NCBI GenBank assembly: GCA_964291285.2
Contig: OZ219787.1
Coordinates: 416,001-480,000, forward strand
Reading direction: 5' to 3'
DNA from: Alphaproteobacteria bacterium
GTDB taxonomy: Bacteria; Pseudomonadota; Alphaproteobacteria; Bin95
DNA: 64,000 nt
Every line of letters begins with the position of its first letter. The first letter of the stretch is position 1. The notes under the pieces were generated by a model. The model was not told the origin of the DNA and made no database searches. It saw only the letters and a list, made by a program, of their open reading frames with translations. The position numbers and the translations under genes were made by a program. Of this stretch, positions 31,386 through 40,407 are shown piece after piece.

Positions 31386-34300
31386 TCACGCGGCGGGCGG
31401 CCAGCGTTCGAGGATGCGCTCCAGCGCGCCGGCATGGGGCGCGAATATCCGGGCGCGGAACGAGACGATCTCGATCGCGCAGCCCATGCGCCGGAGCGCG
31501 GGCAGGTCGGTATCGGCCGGCCCCTCGACCTCGACCCGGTCGGCGCCCATCAGGCGGCGGCGGGCGAGCCGCCAGCCATTGGCGAGGGCGAGCGGGTTGC
31601 CGCGTTCTATCACCGCCGCGAAGGCTTCCGCGCCGGTCATGGCGGGTCCTCCGTCGAGGCCGAAGCCGGCGCGCACGGCGCGGACCTGCTCCGCGTCGAG
31701 CACGCGCCCGATGAGGGCCATGCCGTCGTCCGGGGTAAGCCGGCGGACGCGCATGTTCTCGGCCGGGAGGCGGTCCCAGACGGGCAGCAGCAGGCCGGTG
31801 GCGAGCCAGAAGCGGGACTCGCGGTGGGACGGCAGGCCGGCGGTCTCGGCGTCCCAGAGCATGCGCCAGCGGGCTTCGTCGGCCTGCCCCCAGTTGGAAG
31901 CGGCGAACTCGGCCCGGGCCATGCGGTCCCGAGCGGCGGGGCGGACCAGCTGCACGCGTTCCTGCACCCCGCCGTCGTCGAGCATGCGCGACGGGGCGGG
32001 CAGCAGGACGGCGGCGCGCTTCGAGCGCGCGTTGACCACGAGGCGGGGCTTTCGGTCCGGCCCCGGGTCGCGGCTTCCGATCTCCAGCGCGGCATCGGCC
32101 GTGAGCGGCATGAGCCTGTCGCGGCGGACGATCCCGACCAGTTCGGTGGCGGCCCCGGCGCCGGGATGCTCATGGAGCGTCTCCCTGCCGGCGACGGCGA
32201 GCGAGTCGGCGGTGACGGTCTCGACCCCCCGCTCGTAGCTGCCGGCCTCGATCGCCTGCTCGATATTGGCGGCGATGCGCTCCTCCAGCGCGGCGAAGAG
32301 CCGGTTCTGCTCGGCGATGGGGAGCGCCAGCAGCCGGTTGAGGAACTTCGGCATCGGCGGCAGGTCGTCCTTGAGACTGCCCTCGTGGACGATCCTTAGG
32401 CCGGTCGACTCCTGGAACCGTTCCGCGTTCCAGCCCTCGATGGCGCCGCGCCAGAGCGCGCCGTAGAACTGCCTGAGCGCCGCCTTCGCGTAGGCGCTCT
32501 CCAGGTTGTCGCTCTCGCGGAACAGCGCGGCGTCGCCCATGGCGGTCTGGCTGTCGCGCTGGCCGCGGGTGATGGCGCCCAGGCTGTCGAGCCGCCGGGC
32601 GATGGTGGCGATGAAGCGGCGCTCGCCCTTCACGTCGGTGGTAACGGGCCGGAAGAGCGGCGCGGAGGCCTGGTGCGTCCTGTGGGTGCGTCCGAGCCCC
32701 TGGATCGCCTGGTCGGCCCGCCAGCCGGGCTCCAGCAGGTAGTGGATGCGCCGCTCCGTGTTCCCGCAAGCGAGGTCGGCATGGTAGCTGCGCCCGGTGC
32801 CGCCGGCCATGGAGAACACCAGGATGCGCTTGCTCCCGTCCATGAAGGCGGCGGTCTCGGCGAGGTTGGCGGAGGCGGGCCGCGAGCGCAGCGAGAGCCG
32901 CTCGCCCTTCCCGTCCACAATGCGCAGCACCCGCCGCGACCGGCCGGTGACCTCGGCGACGGCCTCGTGCCCGAAATGCTGCACGATCCGGTCCAGCGCC
33001 GTCGGCACCGGCGGCAGCGCGGCAAGCTTTTCGATCAGGGCGTCGCGCCGCTCCTCGGCCTCCCTGCAGACGATCGTGTTGCCGTCGGCGTCCCTGGCGG
33101 GGCGGCTGAGCAGCTTGCCGCCGTCGTCGGTGAAGGGCTCCTGCAACTGCACCGGGAAGGCGTGCATCAGGCAGGAGAGGATGGCGTCCCGGGGCGTGAG
33201 GTCGATATTGAGGTCGTCCCACTCGGATGCAGGGACCTCGGCGATGCGCCGCTCCATGAGCGCCTCGCCGGTCGAGACCAGCTGGACCACGGCCGAGCGC
33301 CCGGCTTCGAGGTCGGCCTCGATCGCGCGGATCAGGCTCGGACACTTCATGCCGGTGAGCAGATGGCCGAAGAAGCGCTGCTTCGTGCCCTCGAAGGCGC
33401 TCAGCGCTGCCGCTTTTGCGCTCCTGTTGAGCGTGTCCTCGCCCCGGACGATGCCGGTGGCCTTCAGCGCCTCCCCGATATTGTGGTGGATCACCTTGAA
33501 GGCGCCGGCATAGGCATCGTAGATGCGCCGCTGCTCCGGGGTGAGCGAATGTTCGAGGATGTCGACCTCGATCCCGTCATAGGCGAGCGCCCTTGCCTGG
33601 TAGAGGCCGAGGGCCTTCAGGTCGCGTGCGACGACCTCCATCGCGGCGACGCCGCCGGCCTCCATGGCGGAGACGAAGGCGGTGCGGGTCTCGAACGGCG
33701 TCTCGCCGGCGGCCCACAATCCCAGACGCCCCGCATAGGCGAGGCCGGGGAGCGTGGTGGCGCCGGTGGCGGAGACATAGGCGATGCGGGCGTCGGGCAG
33801 CGCGTTCTGCAGGCGCAGGCCGGCCCTTCCCTGCTGCGACGGCTTCGTCTCGCCGCGTCCGCTCTTCGAGCCGGCGGCATTCGCCATGGCGTGGGCCTCG
33901 TCGAAGACGATGACCCCGTCGAAGGCGTGGCGGCCGTCTTCGTCCAACGAGCCGGCGAGCCACTCGACGATCTGCTCCAGCCGCGAGGGCCTGCCCTGGC
34001 GGGAGGGCGAGCGCAGTGTCGCGTAGGTGGCGAACAGGATGCCCTCGTCGAGGGGTATCTCCATGCCCTGGCGGAAGCTGCCGAGCGGGATGACGTCGCT
34101 CTCCAGCCCGCCCAAAGCGGTCCAGTCGCGCCTTGCGTCCTCAAGCAGCTTGTCGGACTGCGACAGCCAGAGGGCGCGCTTCCGGCCCCTCAGCCGGTTG
34201 TCGAGGATGATGGCGGCGACCTGGCGTCCCTTGCCGCAGCCGGTGCCGTCGCCCAGCATCCAGCCCCGGCGGAAACGCACCGGTTCCGACAGGGTCTCGT

Positions 34301-35870
34301 CCCCGGATCCGGTCCGGGGCAGGCTGTCCCGGGTAGCCGGAGACGCGCCGGGTTCTTCAACTTCGCCGTCCTGCGGGCAGCGGTGGACGGTCTCCCAGCC
34401 GGAGCCGATGCGGTATTGCGCGGCGAGATGGCGGGAATGGGCCTCGCCCGCCAGCACGACGCTCTCGAGCTGGGCGTCGGACAGCAGGCCCTCGGTCACC
34501 ACGCGCTCCGGCAGCATGGGCCGGTATGCCGGCGCCGGATGGGGCACGGCGGCCATGGCGGCGGACTGCACCAGCGGCGTCGGATGCTCGACCGCCCCCG
34601 GCACCCGCACCGCGCCCGGCCGCCAGGGCGCCCAGGGGCCGGTGTCGGCGGCCGAGCCGGCGTCGGTATCGGAGGGTTCGACCGGGCCGGTCTCGACGGC
34701 CAGTTCCGTAACCGGCCCCCGGTCGTGGGCCTGCCGGTCCTCGGGCGTCGATGCGGACTTCGGACCCCGCAGCTTCGCGGGCGCCACCGCCTTGCCGAAC
34801 AGGTCGCGCGCGGGTCCGGCGGGAACGGATGCGATGGGCTGGCGCTTCGGCACGCGCGCGATGACGGCATCGAGCAGTTCGGCAGCGTTCGCGGCGCGGG
34901 CGGTCGTGTCCAGCTCGACTTCAGGTCCGGCGCCGCGCTCCAGCACGGTGAGGCGGGTGTCGAAGCCGGTGCCGCGCCTGGCATAGGCCCGCCCGTCGAT
35001 CGCCATGGTGAAGAGGCAGCGGGCGTCGTCGAGCGAGCCGAAGGCATCGCGCCATGCGGTGCCGCCGGGCGCGCAATGGGCCGAGGTGACCGCGACCAGC
35101 CGCCCGCCCGGCGGCAGCATCGAGGCGGCCGAGCGGACATGGCGCAGATCGGCGCCGCGGGCGGTGCGGTCGACGCCGGGCGTCGCCGAGAAGGGCGGGT
35201 TCATCAGCACCACGGTCGGCCGGACGTCGCGCAGCCGGTCCGCGATCGCCTCGGCGTCGAACGCGGTGACGGCGACCCCGGGGAAGAGCCGCGTCAGCAA
35301 CCGCGACCGCGTGGGCGCGTATTCGTTGAGATGGAGCGCGCCTGCCGCCCGGTCGCCCAGCGCGCACTGCGCCATGACGGCCAGCATGCCGGTGCCGGCC
35401 GACGGCTCCAGCACGGTATCGCCCGGCCGGATGGCGGCGGTCTGGAGGGCGGCATAGGCGAGCGGCAGCGGGGTCGAGAACTGCTGGAGGCGGACCTGCT
35501 CCTCCGAGCGCCTGGTGTGGGAGGGCTCCAGCGCGGCGACGGCCTCCAGCATCGCTAGCATGCGGCGCGGTCCGCCCGCATTGCGGCGCATGGCCCGGGC
35601 GTAGCGCTGCATGAAGATCACCACGGCCGCCTCGGCGGCTTCATAGGCGTCCTTCCAGACCCAGCCGCCCCCGGCGTCGGTGGCGCCGAAGGCCTTTGTC
35701 ATGGCGTCGCGCAGCGTCGCGGCATCGAGCGGCCGTCCGGCCTCCAGCACCGGAAGCAGGGTTCGGGCGGCGGCGAAGAGCGCATCGCCCTGGACCGGGC
35801 GGGCCGGCGGGTTGGTGGCGAGCGCGGGAAGAAGAGGACGCGCGTCCCGCGCCGTGGGGGCGTCGAGCAT
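31386..35870 (-). CDS. Methyltransferase / Strawberry-notch SF2 helicase fusion
   Basis: QQFSTP, VLEPSAGTG and NPPF (MTase); GDGTGCGKG, DEAH, SATG and QGLGRTHR (helicase). Confidence 0.93.
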   Translation of the reverse strand: MLDAPTARDARPLLPALATNPPARPVQGDALFAAARTLLPVLEAGRPLDAATLRDAMTKAFGATDAGGGWVWKDAYEAAEAAVVIFMQRYARAMRRNAGGPRRMLAMLEAVAALEPSHTRRSEEQVRLQQFSTPLPLAYAALQTAAIRPGDTVLEPSAGTGMLAVMAQCALGDRAAGALHLNEYAPTRSRLLTRLFPGVAVTAFDAEAIADRLRDVRPTVVLMNPPFSATPGVDRTARGADLRHVRSAASMLPPGGRLVAVTSAHCAPGGTAWRDAFGSLDDARCLFTMAIDGRAYARRGTGFDTRLTVLERGAGPEVELDTTARAANAAELLDAVIARVPKRQPIASVPAGPARDLFGKAVAPAKLRGPKSASTPEDRQAHDRGPVTELAVETGPVEPSDTDAGSAADTGPWAPWRPGAVRVPGAVEHPTPLVQSAAMAAVPHPAPAYRPMLPERVVTEGLLSDAQLESVVLAGEAHSRHLAAQYRIGSGWETVHRCPQDGEVEEPGASPATRDSLPRTGSGDETLSEPVRFRRGWMLGDGTGCGKGRQVAAIILDNRLRGRKRALWLSQSDKLLEDARRDWTALGGLESDVIPLGSFRQGMEIPLDEGILFATYATLRSPSRQGRPSRLEQIVEWLAGSLDEDGRHAFDGVIVFDEAHAMANAAGSKSGRGETKPSQQGRAGLRLQNALPDARIAYVSATGATTLPGLAYAGRLGLWAAGETPFETRTAFVSAMEAGGVAAMEVVARDLKALGLYQARALAYDGIEVDILEHSLTPEQRRIYDAYAGAFKVIHHNIGEALKATGIVRGEDTLNRSAKAAALSAFEGTKQRFFGHLLTGMKCPSLIRAIEADLEAGRSAVVQLVSTGEALMERRIAEVPASEWDDLNIDLTPRDAILSCLMHAFPVQLQEPFTDDGGKLLSRPARDADGNTIVCREAEERRDALIEKLAALPPVPTALDRIVQHFGHEAVAEVTGRSRRVLRIVDGKGERLSLRSRPASANLAETAAFMDGSKRILVFSMAGGTGRSYHADLACGNTERRIHYLLEPGWRADQAIQGLGRTHRTHQASAPLFRPVTTDVKGERRFIATIARRLDSLGAITRGQRDSQTAMGDAALFRESDNLESAYAKAALRQFYGALWRGAIEGWNAERFQESTGLRIVHEGSLKDDLPPMPKFLNRLLALPIAEQNRLFAALEERIAANIEQAIEAGSYERGVETVTADSLAVAGRETLHEHPGAGAATELVGIVRRDRLMPLTADAALEIGSRDPGPDRKPRLVVNARSKRAAVLLPAPSRMLDDGGVQERVQLVRPAARDRMARAEFAASNWGQADEARWRMLWDAETAGLPSHRESRFWLATGLLLPVWDRLPAENMRVRRLTPDDGMALIGRVLDAEQVRAVRAGFGLDGGPAMTGAEAFAAVIERGNPLALANGWRLARRRLMGADRVEVEGPADTDLPALRRMGCAIEIVSFRARIFAPHAGALERILERWPPAA

Positions 35871-36208
35871 GGACAGGCTCCGTTCTGGAAGGGCGTGACG
35901 GCGGCCGGCGGCGCAAGTCCTCCCGCGCCGCCCGCCGGACCGCCCTCGGACGGCTGACCGGACTCCCGCCGGCGGGACGCACGAAGACGCGAAGATGGAG
36001 GGAATTGGCCGGAACAGCGGACGGTCCGCCCGGGCCGTGTCAGTGGGGCTGCGGAGGGCGCTCAGGCATGAAGACGGATAAGTACGGCCGCGGCAAAATC
36101 GGCCGCAGCGTTGCCGATAGCAGCCGGAATTCTCGAATCGTAGTCAGGCGATGATTGAGCCGATGAACGAAAGATGGAGCCGGCGCCGTTCAGGGCGGGC
36201 GGACCGGA

Positions 36209-36840
36209 TCAGCCGAACCGTTTGCCATCCCCGGTAAAGGTGAAGGAGTTCACGGCGAGGGCCTCGTCGCCGGCCGGGTCGGAGATCTCGGCCTCTCAGG
36301 CGTCGCGCAACTGCCTGTAGAGCCAGCGGGCCAGGTCGCGGAGGGCGACGGTATCGCCGGCACCCGCCGCGATCGGCTGCCGGGCTGTCGCGCTCGACGC
36401 GGATTTCCATGCTGTTTGCGTGGAAATGACGGCCGACACGGCGGAAAGTTGTGTGCAGGGAATGGAAGTTGCGGTGCAGGGCGTCCTGGAGGGCGTCGAC
36501 GATGCCGTGGAGTTCGGTGTCCTCGGGCGCGTGGGCGCGGACGGCCTTCGCGGCGCCGCGGGCATGGCTGTACCGGCCCTCGAACGAGGCGCCGTCTTCC
36601 TGGCTGCCGAACCCGCTGAACCATATGTTCGACCGTTCCCGGGTTCCGCCGCCATGGAGGTGCACGGCATGGGTGTCGAGCGTGATGCCGACGATCCGGC
36701 AGACGGTCTCGAAGTCGTCGAGGACATGGTCGTACCATTCGTCGAAGAGGCCCTCGTCGCGATACCGGGCGCGGGCCCTCTCCTTCGCTGCGTCCGAAAG
36801 CTCGTCGATCGTGCAGATCGTGATCTCGATGACCTGGTCA
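36209..36840 (-). pseudogene. Degenerate conserved ICE/plasmid leading-region gene
   Basis: DELSDAAKERAR...WFSGFGSQEDGASFEG in one frame; the tail LRDLARWLYRQL*...FTFTGDGKRFG is in another frame with an internal stop at 36296..36298; no clear start codon. Confidence 0.7.
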
Positions 36841-37356
36841 GCTCTCCTGCGGACGGGCGTTGCGGGGGATGCCGGTGACGCGCACGAACCTGACCGCCTC
36901 CCGGACGCGGCGGAGCGCGACGCGGTCGTGGTCGGCGCGGGACCAGCGGGCGGGCCGGCGCGAGAACCAGGCAGAATCCGCGACGAAGCCGTCCGCACAG
37001 GCCACGAAGTGGCGGCTCGCGGAGATCGCCCAGGTTCCGGCGGGCGCGGCGTCGAGGAACGCGCCCAGCGTGATTGCGCGCTCGTCGAAGGGGACGCCGG
37101 CGAAGAGACGCTCCCATTCCTGCTCGCGCCGGGCGAAACGGCGGTTCCGGTATTTCGGATGGCGGAGCGCGTAGTCCGGCGCCCAGCCGAACGTTTCGAG
37201 CGCGGCGGCGAGTTCGTCGATGAAGACGCCGTTCACCGAGGGCCGGTCGAACAGGCGGCGGATGACGGCGGCGGCCTCGTGGGTCGGCACGCCGGCGATC
37301 GCGGAAATCGCGGACGGGCCGCACTTCGTGGCGCGGCCGGTGATCCGGTGGAGCAT
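36838..37356 (-). CDS. Hypothetical protein with possible C39/papain-like Cys-His motifs
   Basis: CGPSAIS near the N-terminus and HFVA later; GGAG ribosome-binding site. Confidence 0.55.
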   Translation of the reverse strand: MLHRITGRATKCGPSAISAIAGVPTHEAAAVIRRLFDRPSVNGVFIDELAAALETFGWAPDYALRHPKYRNRRFARREQEWERLFAGVPFDERAITLGAFLDAAPAGTWAISASRHFVACADGFVADSAWFSRRPARWSRADHDRVALRRVREAVRFVRVTGIPRNARPQES

Positions 37357-37440
37357 GGCGGTCTCCGGGCTGGGTGGCGGGGGATCGGCCCGACGCGGCC
37401 GGGGGCGCACCGGGGAGGCCCGTCGGTTCGCCGGGTCCTT

Positions 37441-38181
37441 TCAGAGCAACCCCCTCTCGTGGAAGCTCACGGAGCCGGTCGGTGTGACGATCAGATGGTC
37501 GAGCAGCGTGACCTCGATGGTCTTCAGCGCGTCGCGGAGGCGGTCGGTCATGGCGATGTCGGCGCGGGACGGTTCGGGCGAACCGCCCGGGTGGTTGTGG
37601 ACCGCGATGACCGCGCTGGCCTGAAGCTCCAGGCAGCGGATGCAGACCTCCCGGGGATAGACCGGCGTGTGGCAGACGGAGCCTTTCTGGTGGCACTCGT
37701 CGGCGAGGAGTGCATTTTTCCAGTTGAGGTAGAGCACATGGAATTGCTCGACCTCGCGGTGGCCCGCCAGCGTGCGGCAATATTCGATCACCCTGTCGTA
37801 GCCGGCGAGGGACGGGCGCAGGGTGTCGGGCATTTCGGCCCGCGCCATGCGGATGGCGAGCGCTTCGGCGGCCTTGAGGGCGGCGATGGCGTCTTCCGGC
37901 AGGCCCGGCACGGTGCGCAGGCGGTCCGGGCGGGCGGCGAGCGCGCGCGGTGCCGTGCCGAAGGTGTCCAGCAATGCGCGGGCAAGCGCCCCGGCATCGT
38001 CCACCGCCGGGCGCCCGGAGAGCAGCAGTTCGAGCAGGTCGCGGTCGTCGACCGCCTCGCGCCCGGCGCGGAGGAAACGGCGCTGGAGCCGGCGGCGGTC
38101 CACGGCCTTCCGGACCGATGCCGGCGCTGCGGGCATGTCGTGGAGCGGCATTTCGTCGAGAGCTGGCGAGGAATCGGGCAT
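37441..38181 (-). CDS. radC: RadC / JAB-domain protein
   Basis: VYPREV, HNHPGG...PSRAD and LLDHLIV motifs. Confidence 0.93.
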   Translation of the reverse strand: MPDSSPALDEMPLHDMPAAPASVRKAVDRRRLQRRFLRAGREAVDDRDLLELLLSGRPAVDDAGALARALLDTFGTAPRALAARPDRLRTVPGLPEDAIAALKAAEALAIRMARAEMPDTLRPSLAGYDRVIEYCRTLAGHREVEQFHVLYLNWKNALLADECHQKGSVCHTPVYPREVCIRCLELQASAVIAVHNHPGGSPEPSRADIAMTDRLRDALKTIEVTLLDHLIVTPTGSVSFHERGLL

Positions 38182-38556
38182 GGCGGCGTCCTCCGCGGGT
38201 TTGAAGGCAAACGCCCCGGCTGCGGCAAGCGGGAACGGGGCCGATGGCGGAACGGGGCAGCGTCGGGGCGAACGGATCTCGGGCGGATCGGCGGGCCGGA
38301 ACTTCCGGGTCCGGGCCGAGTTCGACCCTGCCGTCGATGACGGCGATGGTGACCGTGCGGTCCGGCGGCATCAGCAGGTCGATCCACACGGCGTCGGCGA
38401 CGGCGCGCTTACGCGCCTCGTCGCCGGGGCTCTGCGGAGCGGTCGCTTCGGAGGCGGGCATGGCGGCGAGCGTCATGGTTGAGGGTCTCCCTCGATGGCG
38501 AGCCGTCCCGGCGCACGGCGGCGTCGGGACGGATTTCGGGGGAGCGCGGCGGCCGG

Positions 38557-40299
38557 TCAGGCGCCGTCCGCCGCGCTTCCGTCGCCGAGGGTCACGGTGA
38601 CGTCGGGCCGGCGGATGCGGATGTCGACGGCGCGGTTGCGGGGCGCAAGCCACATCAGCTCGCGCCGCACCGCCTCGGCGATGGACGCCCGGCAGGCATC
38701 GTCGTCGGACAGCAGCAGGCGGGTCGCCAGGTGCAGCGCGTCCTCCTCGAAACGGGCGCGCTGGGTCTCCCAGCTGTCGGCGTCGGCATCGTCGGAGGGC
38801 GAGAAGAACCCCGCCATGAGCAGCGCGGCGAGCTCGTGCGGCTGAAGTGGGCTGTCTTCGGTGACCAGCGGCATGGCCTCGTCGATCCGGGACCAGGCCT
38901 CGCCGGCGAACGCCATGTCGGCCGGCAGGTCGAGGGTGCGTTCCGGCCCCGACGCCGGGCGGACGGCGAGCGCGATGCGGATGGCGGCGGGGCGGGCCGG
39001 CAGCGGCGCGGCGCGAGACGGCCCGGGCAGCGGATACTCCGCGAGCGTTGTCCAGTCGTCCCCGGCGGCAACCCGGACGGCTATATCCGTCACCCGGTCG
39101 AGCGCGTCGTACCAGGCGTAGCCCTCCAGCCGCCGGTCGGCCTCGAAGAGCCGCGGCGCGATGCCGGCGCGTTCGGCGGCGCGCCACAGCGCCTGCGCCT
39201 CCGGCGGTTCCGGGTCGCGGTCCATGACCAGGGCGTCATGGCCGGCATCGGCCGGCTTGCCCGGTTCGCGCCAGTCGTTGCAGTCGGCGATCATGGGCCG
39301 CCAGGGCCGCAGGGTGGCCGGCGGCGGCGCGATGGCGATGCCGGCCTTGCGCGCCCGCGTCCAGTCCCCGAAGGCCGGGCGCGGCGAGGGGTCGGCCGCC
39401 ATGGCGCGCCAGACCGCCAGCCGCGCGGCCTCGCGCATCTCCCCGGGAAAGGCGTTCTCGACCGCTTCCTTGCGGGCCGGCAGGACCAGTTCCAGGTCCG
39501 GGCAGTCTTCCAGATCCGCCAATACGGTCCAGGTCGCGCCGTGGACGGTCTCGACCGTGGGCAGGCGGAGCGCCAGGGTGAGGCCGAAGACATTGAGGTC
39601 GGGGTCGTTGTAGCCGCTGCGGCGGTCCTTGAAGACCCCGAAGACGAGGCCGCGCCAGGGCTCGACATGGACCGCGCCGTCGAGGAAGCCGCGGCGCGGC
39701 AGCTCTTCGGCAGTTGCGGCCCCGCCGTCCTCGAAGATGACCGGAAGCGGGTAGTGGCGGGCGGCATTCCCGGCCGCGTTGCGGATGGCCAGGGCGGCCT
39801 CGGTGGCCTCGAACGAGACTGCCGTCCCGCAGGGATACGGGGCCTCGTTATCGCCCTGCACCCCGGCGTCGGCCTCCCCGAGGAAATGCGCCGGTTGCAG
39901 CGCGACGCGCCAGCCGGGCGCCATCTGCCCGTCCGGCGAGCGGGGCCTGGACGAGACGGCGCAGTTGCGGCGCGCGAGGCTGGCGAAGCCGAAGCCGGCG
40001 GCGTCCTCGCGGCGGACCAGCGCGTCGTCCCAGCCGTTCTCGCCGAAGCTCAGCAGCACGGCGGGGTCGGCGATGCCTGAGCCGTCGTCGGAAACGGTGA
40101 CGGTGAGCGGCGTCTCGCCCGCAATGGCGGCGGTTTCGTGCGCCCGGGCGGCGGCAACCGAGATGCGCACCCGTGTGGCGCCGGCGCGGCGGCTGTTCTG
40201 CAGGGTCTCGGCGAAGATGTCGGCCAGGGTTGCGGCGTAGATGCGGGTGACCCGCTTCACGGCGGTTTCGTGGATGCGGGCGCGGATCGTCCGGTTCAT
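38557..40299 (-). CDS. GHKL (HATPase_c) domain protein
   Basis: ETLQNSRRAGA, VSDDGSGI and AAGFG motifs. Confidence 0.85.
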   Translation of the reverse strand: MNRTIRARIHETAVKRVTRIYAATLADIFAETLQNSRRAGATRVRISVAAARAHETAAIAGETPLTVTVSDDGSGIADPAVLLSFGENGWDDALVRREDAAGFGFASLARRNCAVSSRPRSPDGQMAPGWRVALQPAHFLGEADAGVQGDNEAPYPCGTAVSFEATEAALAIRNAAGNAARHYPLPVIFEDGGAATAEELPRRGFLDGAVHVEPWRGLVFGVFKDRRSGYNDPDLNVFGLTLALRLPTVETVHGATWTVLADLEDCPDLELVLPARKEAVENAFPGEMREAARLAVWRAMAADPSPRPAFGDWTRARKAGIAIAPPPATLRPWRPMIADCNDWREPGKPADAGHDALVMDRDPEPPEAQALWRAAERAGIAPRLFEADRRLEGYAWYDALDRVTDIAVRVAAGDDWTTLAEYPLPGPSRAAPLPARPAAIRIALAVRPASGPERTLDLPADMAFAGEAWSRIDEAMPLVTEDSPLQPHELAALLMAGFFSPSDDADADSWETQRARFEEDALHLATRLLLSDDDACRASIAEAVRRELMWLAPRNRAVDIRIRRPDVTVTLGDGSAADGA

Positions 40300-40407
40300 G
40301 GACGGACCTCCATGGATTGCTGAAACGGAAACGCCCCGCCGGCGCTGCCCGGGGCCTGAAGCCCGGAGCAATGCGCCGGCGGGGCGTCTTGCGGGGTCTG
40401 CGGTCGC

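Noticed and set aside
36296-39187. 963-aa minus-strand ORF
   Set aside because: Alternative frame running over radC and neighbouring genes; only short parts look coding.
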